From assembly GCA_002269645.1 (NCBI GenBank), contig NIVC01002259.1:1-64000 (forward strand): a DNA stretch of 64,000 bases, in the 5' to 3' direction. This document shows positions 10,639-27,899 of this stretch, piece by piece. The position numbers and the translations under genes are program-made. How positions within the stretch are numbered: the first letter of the stretch is position 1; every line of letters starts with the position of its first letter. The notes below the pieces were generated by a model, which saw only the letters and a list, made by a program, of their open reading frames with translations, did not search any database and was not told where the DNA came from. Source of the DNA: Macrostomum lignano (Eukaryota).

Positions 10639-10675
<37 letters not shown>

Positions 10676-10718
10676 CACACTAAGACACTAAGACGGACAG
10701 ACAGACAGACAGACACTA

Positions 10719-10755
<37 letters not shown>

Positions 10756-10836
10756 CACACTAAGACACTAAGACGGACAGACAGACAGACAGACACTAAG
10801 ACAGACAGACACTAAGACAGACAGACAGACAGACAA
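9810..10836 (+). repeat. (GACA)n microsatellite interrupted by CACTAAG, with higher-order repetition
   Basis: Direct inspection. Confidence 0.95.
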
Positions 10837-11344
10837 ACAACCAATATGCACACTTTAAGTGCCATAAATACAGAGAACTCAACCAGATCATGCTGTAGAA
10901 TATTGCAAAGCGTATATTCAATTTATGAATATGAGCATACCGTTAAAACAAAAATCAAGACCCAGTCACGAGTGCGATGCGCGAATATTATTGAAAACTG
11001 CGTTGAAAAACTAATACAAGAATATTATACACGTAGGCAAGGCAAAAAAGTTACATGTAAAAGATACAACTGAAGGTCAATGTGGACTGTTAGTTGATAA
11101 AAAAATCCATGAAATTTTCAACATGTCAAACACAAATTTTCAATCAGAACAGTTTTACGCCGAAAATGACATGGCTAAGACAAGAGCTGACGACCAATTG
11201 TTTGGCTTGATTTTATAAGCGAATAACAGCGGGCATATCAAAGCAAAGGGAAATCGTCGTATTTTTACTTATACAAGTACTTATAGTAGCATTGACAGTA
11301 ATTAGTGTAATTTTAAAAATTTGTAAACTTTAACTGATATTTAG

Positions 11345-12510
11345 GGGAAATTGGGGTCATTAGCATCGGGAATTCGGGTCATTACCATCGGGGAATTCGG
11401 GTCATTACCATCGGGGAATTGGGTTCATTACCATCGGGGAATTCGGGTCATTAATATCGGGGAATTCGGGTCATTACTATCGGAAATTGGGGTCATTAGC
11501 ATCGGGAATTCGGGTCATTACCATCGGGGAATTCGGGTCATTACCATCGGGGAATTGGGGTCATTACCATCGGGGAATTCGGGTCATTACTATCGGGGAA
11601 TTCGGGTCATTACTATCGGAAATTGGGGTCATTACTATCGGGGAATTCGGGTCATTACCATCGGGGAATTCGGGTCATTACCATCGGGGAATTCGGGTCA
11701 TTACCATCGGGGAATTCGGGTCATTAATATCGGGGAATTCGGGTCATTACTATCGGGAAATTGGGGTCATTACTATCGAGGAATTGGGGTCATTACTATC
11801 GGGAAATTGGGGTCATTAGCATCGGGAATTCGGGTCATTACCATCGGGGAATTCGGGTCATTACCATCGGGGAATTCGGGTCATTACCATCGGGGAATTC
11901 GGGTCATTAATATCGGGGAATTCGGGTCATTACTATCGGAAATTGGGGTCATTAGCATCGGGAATTCGGGTCATTACCATCGGGGAATTCGGGTCATTAC
12001 CATCGGGGAATTCGGGTCATTACCATCGGGGAATTCGGGTCATTAATATCGGGGAATTCGGGTCATTACTATCGGAAATTGGGGTCATTACTATCGGGGA
12101 ATTCGGGTCATTACCATCGGGGAATTCGGGTCATTACCATCGGGGAATTGGGGTCATTAATATCGGGGAATTGGGGTCATTAATATCGGGGAATTCGGGT
12201 CATTACCATCGGGGAATTGGGGTCATTAATATCGGGGAATTCGGGTCATTACTATCGGGGAATTCGGGTCATTACTATCGGGGAATTCGGGTCATTACTA
12301 TCGGGGAATTCGGGTCATTAACATCGGGGAATTGGGGTCATTAATATCGGGGAATTCGGGTCATTACTATCGGGGAATTGGGGTCATTAATATCGGGGAT
12401 TTCGGGTCATTACTATCGGGGAATTCGGGTCATTACTATCGGGGAATTCGGGTCATTACTAGCGGGAAATTTGGGTCATTAATATCAGGGAATTCGGGTC
12501 ATAAATATGG
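11345..12510 (+). repeat. ~23-bp minisatellite (CGGGGAATTCGGGTCATTACCAT), about 50 copies, downstream of the TBC gene stop
   Basis: Direct tandem periodicity. Confidence 0.95.
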
Positions 12511-12745
12511 GGGAATTGTGGTAGTTATTCGGATAATCTCTATAAGTAAATTGGGGTCATTGTTGCATGCCAAACATGGGTTCAATATAAAAATCAAATC
12601 CATGGATTTCGAATCTACCCAGCGACCTGTCCTGTGTACATCCACGCACGCATAAAAATCATCCCATTGATCAAGAGATTCCTCAAAGCTATTTTCAAAT
12701 CTAATAGCGATTAGTTTCAGAACTCATGCTCACAATATCCTTGGC

Positions 12746-19255
<6,510 letters not shown>

Positions 19256-19344
19256 GGCGGGGCGGACTTCTCTGTCAAATATAGTGCTGCCGATTCTAGC
19301 GGGAGATGGAGGGGCCTAGAATACAACTGTTTGAGATCAAGGGT

Positions 19345-19845
19345 GAGAGGGAGATAGATGTAGATAAAGGGTTTAGGGTGAGAGAAGTAGATGTAAATTA
19401 ATAGATTTAATTAAAAGGGTTTGGGTGAGAGCGGCGGAGATGTAGATAAGGCGTTTAAGGTAAGAGGGGTAAAGATGTAGATAAGGGGTTTATGGTGAGA
19501 GGGGTAGAGATGTAGATAAGGGGTTTAGGGTGAGAGGGGTAGAGAGAGGTAGATAAGGGGTTTATGGTGAGAGGGGTAGAGATGTAGATAAGGCGTTTAA
19601 GGTAAGAGGGGTAAAGATGTAGATAAGGGGTTTAGGGTGAGAGGGGTAGAGATGTAGATAAGGGGTTTAGGGTGAGAGGGGTAGAGAGAGGTAGATAAGG
19701 GGTTTATGGTGAGAGGGGTAGAGATGTAGATAAGGCGTTTAAGGTAAGAGGGGTAAAGATGTAGATAAGGGGTTTAGGGTGAGAGGGGTAGAGAGAGGTA
19801 GATAAGGGGTAGAGAGAGGTAGATAAGGGGTTTACGGTGAGAGGA
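19345..19845 (+). repeat. G-rich ~35-bp minisatellite (GGGGTTTAGGGTGAGAGGGGTAGAGATGTAGATAA) just upstream of the TBC1D10 start
   Basis: Direct tandem periodicity. Confidence 0.9.
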
Positions 19846-20709
19846 ACAGAGAGTAGAGCAGTTATAATGGTAGTTATACAAAGCCTTATGTTACCCAATA
19901 CCACATAGTAGTCGTAAATAACAAGTCGGAACAGTCAATTTCAGCTGTAGGAAAAAAACAGGAAAATGTGAACAATAATTTATTGATTAAGTTTTTTAAT
20001 CGGACACATCTATACTCATAAGATGTCAATCTAAGCACATAAAAAGGCTTCAATACAAGTTTAAAGTGTTTATAAATCAATTAATTATCTGGTGATAGAA
20101 GCAGACTAAAAAATCTGTGCATCGGTCGGTAGTCAGAAGGATAAAAATATTAAAATAAACTATTCACAACACAGTAAATATGATTGCACAAACAACAACT
20201 CATTGGAAGTCTGCGTATAGCTAAGATAAATTAGGAAAGAATCGGAATATATAGAAAATAATATGTCGTTAATATTGCTTTTGAAATTGCATTAAATTGG
20301 CTACATACCCATAAATCCTAGAAATTATACTATCCAAGCCAAACCTTTAGGTTTATTATCAAACTTCACGGAAGCTCCCCTGAGGGCGCAACTGCGCAGA
20401 CAAAATAAGCAATAAAAAACTTAAACTGCGCAAATGCTGCGGGTAAACGGCGGGAGTAAATATAGCATTTTCAAATGCCCAAATACCTCGTCATTTAATT
20501 AGTATTTAAAACCCATGCTACATTATAAGACAGTGTTCAAGCCGGTTCACTGGGGGCAAGCAGTCCTACCCACTTCCAGTGACCCCAGAGCAAGCAAACT
20601 CGCACAGGGTGTACAACGGCAGACTTTCTCAACGTCAGACTACTGTGTCTTGGATGGTTGGCCTACATGAGCGAGAATAGCACCGTCTTAGTGATTTCTT
20701 CAGTTCATC

Positions 20710-21100
20710 TGCCCTCTTCTCTGGTTTATCTCTCTGTCTAGTTCAGTCTTGTTTTTATTCTTATCTCTCCCCCTTCCCTATCAGCCTTCTGATTGGCTCT
20801 TCAATCTGACCCCTTTCCCCAGTCGCGCACCCCAGCTTCTCTTCTCTTCTGTTTACACTGTTTTCTCTCCCTCTCTGTCTAGTTCAGTCTTGTTATTCTT
20901 ATCTCTCTCCCTTCCCTACAGGCCTTCTGATTGGCTCTTCAATCTGACCTCTTTCCCCAGTCGCGCGCTCCACCCCTCGTCTCTGTTTACACTGTTTTCT
21001 TTCCCTCTCTGTCTAGTTCAGTCTCGTTATTCTTCTCTCTCCCTTCCCTATCAGCCTTCTGATTGGCTCTTCAATCTGACCCTTTTCCTCACTCGCACAC
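20710..21100 (+). repeat. Three tandem copies of a ~125-bp pyrimidine-rich unit
   Basis: TCTCTGTCTAGTTCAGTCT...CCTTCTGATTGGCTCTTCAATCTGACC recurs three times. Confidence 0.85.
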
Positions 21101-22755
21101 CCCACCCCTAATTTATTATCAGCACCCACACTAGCCCCCTCAATTAATCTTGATAAATAGAATTTAGTTTGGGCCCTGCGCCCCACTCCCGATCCAAAAG
21201 CACAAGTCGTGGGTTTAAATTAATGATGTCAAACGTGATAACGAACCATAAATGAGACACTTTAGTGTAAGAGCTAGATGGGCTCGTTACCGCTGTACTA
21301 CCCTGAAAATGGTGTCACGCAAAACTCTTCTAGCCAATTTAAACCAAACAAAAGTAATTTTTTATAACATTATAGAATGTTTTTTTCCATATTATTTGCC
21401 ACCAACACAGCTGTTGCCGCTGCCACCACCGCTGCTGCAGCTGTTAAGCCGGGCCATCTGGCTAGTGACATCCTTGAACAACAGTGGACTGCTGCTCTGG
21501 GCCTGATCATGACCGCTGCCAGTGCTAACAAGGCCGATGCCACCGCCGGGTTGAACAACAATTTCGGCTATGGCAGAGGTGGACAGGGCAAACCGGCGGC
21601 CCACCCGGCTGGAGCAGTGGAACCCGTCCAAGGTGAGGGCGTCATTAGATATCACTGAGCAGGCGGTTGCAACATTCCTGATTGTGAGTAGTTTTTGTGT
21701 ACTTTGGTAAAAATCAAAGCTTCATTGATATTTATAACAATTTTAAACAAATACTTAATGATTTTTTATATTTGTTAATCACAAAGACGGACTATCGAAC
21801 AGCTTTGTCGAACTTAATTGCCTTAGCTTCAAACCCTATGGCCTATCATACATGCGCAACTTTGGGAATCACCCGGCATTTCTATTGGCAAAACACACAT
21901 GTAAGTCGCTATTGGCTGAGTGCAGTAACGTGCAGTGACTACTATTCTGTCCACTAGCGACTTACATGTGTGTGTTTCCCATAGAAATCGCCAGGTGGAT
22001 CCCAAGGTTAGGCCCAAGCATGCCTATGCTTCAGTTGGCAAACATATCAACCCAATGCAGGCATATAAAATGAAAAACTGAGTTATTTAAGCATTAAGTC
22101 AGTGCCATCTGGCTCATTCCATATAAGATGGACATATTTGGAAAATAGAAAAAAGTCAATATTTTTGCTTGCCATTGCCTAATTAGCCTATTTTTTTACC
22201 AAATGTTTATATTGTGCAATATATACAATCTAAGAATAAAGGAATGGTAAAATGTTGGATTAGTATGTTATCAATTGGCAAAAAGTCATTTTTGTAAAAA
22301 TTTGGACATTTTTCAAAGCAAAAGACATCATTAAGATTTTGTACCTTTTAAAAACAAATAGAAAGCTTTTGAAGGTTGAAACAAACTATAGATAAAAGTA
22401 TAGTATTTGTATCATCAGATAAAAGCATTGGTGACCAAATAATCTATTATATTTTTAATGTATTAGTACCTCAAAGTTACTGAATTGACAGAAAAAAATA
22501 TGTTACGACCATAATGTTACGACCATAAGGCTGCCTTTTCTTTTGTATCTTTGTTGCCTTTTGAGTTTATATATTCTAATAAAAGAGTATGATTTCTAAA
22601 GATGTTCTTAGTCAAATTTTAAAAATGTATTGCAAAATATCAAAAATGAAAAATGTTATAAGACTTTTACCTTTTAGTTTCTATATGTCAAAAATCCTGT
22701 CGTTACGACCATAAGTGTCATTTAAGGTTTAATAGCATCTATACTAATGATGATA

Positions 22756-23310
22756 TCTATATCCTATATACTAAAAATGAGTTGTCTGTATGTGGGTAGG
22801 TATGCGATAGATTTCGGAAAAAATGGCTCAACCGATTTTCTTCAAACTTGCACCATTCGATCAGAAAATTTCCTGGGACGGTACATGCATCTTGGCTAAG
22901 AAATTGCTCAATTTTAAAGGGATTAAATATTCGAAAAACATGCTTTTTTGCAAAGGTCAAGCAGCTCTTTCGACCTAAAATTCATTGTAAGAATGCTAGA
23001 GAAAAAACTGACTGGCTGAATTCCGATTGTGATAAAGATTGCATCACAACAAGTTGAAAACAGTGCCGAAGAAATGCACACACGACTTGATTTAAATTGC
23101 GTAACCAATATTGCTAACTCAAATTGAGACTGATACTGGCTGACTGAGAAATTGATTATGTCATAACTTTTTACTTCAATTGACTTGCTGTAAGAATTGA
23201 ATTATAAGGGCCACAATTCACGTTCTCCAATTGGAAAGATATAGCCAAGATGCGAACAGACTGGAATGCTAATGTAGCGACCTGGGTTCGAATCTTAGTA
23301 GTGCAAAAAG
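22756..23310 (+). mobile_element. Helitron/DINE-1-like non-autonomous element, 5' end (3' end not defined)
   Basis: A|TCTATATCCTATATACTAAAAATGAGTTGTCTGTATGT...GGCTCAACCGATTTTCTTCAAACTTG matches the general layout of small Helitron-derived repeats. B-box-like GGTTCGAATC near 23285. Confidence 0.45.
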
Positions 23311-23364
23311 ATTTTTTTTATCAAAACACCTTAAAAACACAACAAAACTGCTAAACATAATAGA

Positions 23365-26300
23365 AGCGCAATGTCAAACATAGAAGAGCCACCATGTCGA
23401 ACATTATAGAGCCAACATTTCGAATATAAAAGAGTTACCATGTCAAACATAAAATAAGCACTATGTCAAACATATACGTGACTCCATGTCAACGATTAAA
23501 AAGCCACCATTTCAAACATAGAAGAGCCACTATGTCAAACCTAAACAAGCCACCACGTCTAACATTTAAGAGCCACCATGTCAAACATTTAAGAGCCACC
23601 ATGTCAAACATTAAAGAGCCCCCATGTCAAACATTTAAGAGCCACCATGTCAAACATTTAAGAGCCACCATGTCAAACATATATGTGACTTTATGTCAAA
23701 CTTTAAAGAGCCACCATTTCGAACATCAAATAGCCACTTTGTCGAAAATTAAAGAGCCACCGTGTCAAACATAGAAGAGCCACCATGTTAAACATAGAAG
23801 AGCCACCATGTCAGACATTAAAAAGCCACCGTATCAAACATAAAAGAGTTACCATGTAGAACAAAAAACAGCCACCATGTCGAACATAAAAGAGCCACCA
23901 TGTAGAATATTAAAGAGCCACCATGAAGAACATTAAAGAGCCACCATGAAGAACATTAAAGAGCCACCATGTCAAACATAAAAGAGCCACCATGTCAGAC
24001 ATTAAAAAGCCACCGTATCAAACATAAAAGAGTTACCATGTAGAACATTAAAGAGCCACCATTTCAAACAGTAAAGAGCCACCATGTCAAACATAAAAGA
24101 GCCACCATGTCAAACATTAAAAAGCCACCATGTCAAACATAAAAGAGCCACCATGTAGAATATTAAAGAGCCACCATGAAGAACATTAAAGAGCCACCAT
24201 GTCAAACATTTAAGAGCCACCATGTCAAACATTTAAGAGCCACCATCTCAAACATATATGTGACTTTATGTCAAACTTTAAAGAGCCACAATTTCGAACA
24301 TTAAATAGCCACTTTGTCAAACACTAGAGAGCCGCCGTGTCAAACATAAAAGAGCCACCAGGTTAAACATTAAAGAGCCACCATGTCAGACATTAAAAAG
24401 CCACCGTATCAAACATAAAAGAGTTACCGTGTAGAACATTAAAGAGCCACTATTTCACACAGTAAAGAGCCACCATGTCAAACATAAAAGAGCCACCATG
24501 TCAAACATTAAAAAGCTACCATGTCGAACATAAAAGAGCCACCATGTCAAACATTAAAAAGCTACCATGTCGAACATTAAAGAGCTACCATGTCAAACAT
24601 TAAAGAGCCACCATGTCAAACATTAAAGAGCCACCATGGCGAACATATAAGAGCCACCATGGCGAACATTAAAGAGCCACCATGTCAAACATAAAAGAGC
24701 CACCATGTCAAACATTAAAAGTCACCATGCTAAACATTAAAGAGCCACCATATCAAGCATAAAAGAGGCACCATGTCAAACCTAAAAGAGCCATCATGTC
24801 AAACATAAAAGAGCCAACATGTCAAACATTAAAAAGCTACCATGTCGAACATTAAAGAGCTACCATGTCAAACATTAAAGAGCTATCATGTCGAACACAA
24901 AATAGCCACCATGTCAAACATTGAAGAGACACTATGTCAAACGTATACGTGACTCCATGTCAAACATAAAAGTGCCACCATGTCAAACTTTAAAGAGCCA
25001 CCATGGCGAACATTAAAAAGCCACCATGTCAAACATAAAAGTGCCACTATGTCAAACATTAAAGAGCCACCATGTCGAACATTAAAGAGCCACCACGTCA
25101 AACACTAAAGAGCCACCATGGCGAACATTAAAGAGCCACCATGGCGAACATTAAAGAGCCACCATGTCAAACATAAAAGAGCCACCATGTCAAACATTAA
25201 AAGTCACCATGCTAAACATTAAAGAGCCACCATATCAAGCATAAAAGAGCCACCATGTCAAACCTAAAAGAGCCATCATGTCAAACATAAAAGAGCCAAC
25301 ATGTCAAACATAAAACAGCCAACATGTCAAACATAAAGAGCCACCATGTCAAACATTTAAGAGCCACCATGTCAAACATATATGTGACTTTGTGTCAAAC
25401 ATTAAAGAGCCACCTTTTCGAACATTAAAGAGCCACCATTTCGAACATTAAAGAGCCACCATGTCAAACATGAAAGAGCTATAACATGAATAATATTAAA
25501 GAGCCACCATGTCGAACATTTAAGAGCCACCATGTTAAACCTAAAAGAGCCACCATGTTAAACCTAAAAGAGCCACCATGTTAAACCTAAAAGAGCCACC
25601 ATGTTAAACCTAAAAGAGCCATCATGTTAAACCTAACAGAGCCATCATGTCAAACCTAAAAGAGCCACCATGTCGAACATTTAAGAGCCACAATGTAAAA
25701 TATTAAAGAGCCACCATTTCGAACATATAAGTGACTTTATGTCAAACATTAAAGAGCCACCATGTCAAACATTAAAGAGCCACCATGTTAAACATAAAAG
25801 AGCCACCATGTAGAATATTAAAGAGCCACTATGTTGAACATTAAACAGCCATCATGTCAAACCTAAAAGATCCACCATTTCGAACACTTAAGAGCCACAA
25901 TGTAGAATATTAAAGAGCTACCATGTCAAACATTTAAGAGCCACCATGTAAAACATTAAAGAGCCACCATTTGAAACATTAAAGAGTCACCATGTCAAAC
26001 ATTAAGGAGCCACCATGTCAAACATTTAAGAGCCACCATGTCAAACCTAAAAGAGCCACCATGTCAAACATAAAAGAGCCACCATGTCAAACATAAAAGA
26101 GCCACCATGTCAAACATAAAAGAGCCACCATGAAAAACATTAAAGAGCCACTTTCTCGAACATTAAAGAGCCACCATGTCAAACACATCAAGAGCCACCA
26201 TGTCAATTATATATGTGTCTTTATGTCAAACATTAAAGAGCCACCATTTCGAACATTAAGGAGCCACCATGTCAAACATTTAAAAGCCTCCTTTTGAAAC

Positions 26301-26585
26301 ATTAAATAGCCACTTTGTCGAACATTAAAGAGCCACTGTGTCAAACATAAAAGAGCCACTGTTTCAAACATAAAAGAGCCACCAGGTTAAACATTAAAGA
26401 GCCACCATGTCAAACATAAAAGAGCCACCATGTTAAACATAAAAGAGCCACCATGTCTGACATTTAAAAGCCATCGTTTCAAACATAAAACAGTTGCCAT
26501 GTAGAACATAAAACAGCCACCATGTCAAACATAAAATTTACACAATTTCAAACATAAAAGTAAGCGAATTTTAAAGGAGCCACTA
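23365..26585 (+). repeat. ~23-bp satellite (AAACATTAAAGAGCCACCATGTC), roughly 135 diverged copies, inside the TIR element
   Basis: Direct tandem periodicity. Confidence 0.95.
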
Positions 26586-27899
26586 TAATGCTAAGGAAAT
26601 TGTCGCACTAGCTACTTATTGTCTGGTGGATGCTTGCTATTTGGGGATGCTATCTATGTAGGGGATGCTTGCTATCTGGGGGATGCTTGCTTTCTTGTGA
26701 TGATTTCTTTTTGCATTGCACTTCCTTTGAGTATTTTGTCTGTTTTCTTTGTGAAGGCCTTTTTTGGCTATCTTTTTGTTACTTGTAGAGAACAGAGGTT
26801 CTATACAGATGTCCCCCAAAGGGGGGCGAAGATTGCTAGTGAAACTCTATAAATATATTCTAGACAAAATAAACTTTCATTTAAAATATTGGTTTAGTAT
26901 ATTCTATTATTAGATTTCATTTTATAAGTAAAAATAACCTGTCATGTTACGACCATGCTTATATGGAATGAGCCATCTGGCATTCTAGGTCAAATGCCAG
27001 GATGTCAAATTGAAAACTAGGATGACAGCTACAATTATTCTAAAAAGTTCAAAACCAAATAAAATATTAACATCTCTCTCTACCTTACCTTTAATACCAC
27101 TAAGTCTATCTAACCCGACATACACAAGCAACTGCTGTCTAACCAACCCAACCAATCTAGCCAATGTAAATTGCAGTAGATCAATGATAAGTTTCAAAAT
27201 TAATAACTAAAAAATCTAAATTAAGCCAAAAAGTCAAAATCAATTGCATGGCCAATATAGTTTCAAATGTTGCACATAAATAATACATGACCTACAAAAG
27301 TCACAGAAGTTTATAGACACAATGTTTATAAATTACTTAAATTTGACCATGGGTAAAAGTCTTGAAAATCAAAGAATTCAAGGAAATATAAAATTATATT
27401 ACATTTTAAATCAAGACAATGAAAACTGGTAAAAAATATATGTTAACATAAATATACTTGCACATTTAAAAAATATGTTTTAATATACTTAAAATTGACA
27501 TTGATCACACAGTCTGGCACACATTGCTCAAAGACCTTTGCCTTCTCTAAGGTGAGAGTTGAGTCAGTTCTAAAAATGGAAGTGAGTCACATAATCTTAT
27601 ACACAATGGTGCACTAGGGGATTCCTAGTCAATGAATATGGATCTCTCTCACCTTTTTTTCTACCAATAAGTCTGTTTTCCCAGCTTTCAGTTATATTTC
27701 TGAGTTTCTATTGTAGTTTCCCATCTCTTGTGTATAATTAAGCTATCTGTAATTGGCCTGACTAAACTAAGATTACAAAGCCTACAAGAGACTAACTGAC
27801 ACTGTCCTCCAAACCATCTATTAGCCTAGCAGGATCTGCTGACTAGATGTCTTTGTGCATTGAAGTGCAAATCTGCATAAAGTTCCAAGTTCATTGACT

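Larger units (their letters stand above)
22111..26974. mobile_element. Non-autonomous TIR DNA transposon (~4.9 kb) carrying an internal satellite; superfamily not assigned
   Basis: Perfect 17-bp inverted repeats GGCTCATTCCATATAAG (22111-22127) and CTTATATGGAATGAGCC (26958-26974), each flanked by ATCT. Subterminal GTTACGACCAT at 22502, 22516, 22702 and 26946. Confidence 0.75.

Noticed and set aside
11345-12510. Regular arrays as possible CRISPR loci (also the 11-mers at 4468-4578)
   Set aside because: Units are contiguous without unique spacers, or too short and few; no cas genes; eukaryotic context.
19345-19845. Interstitial telomere (TTTAGGG)
   Set aside because: Single isolated heptamers inside a 35-bp unit, not tandem telomeric repeats.
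23280-23300. tRNA or SINE suggested by GGTTCGAATC (also GGTTCGACACC near 41832)
   Set aside because: B-box-like only; no A-box or cloverleaf stems could be built.
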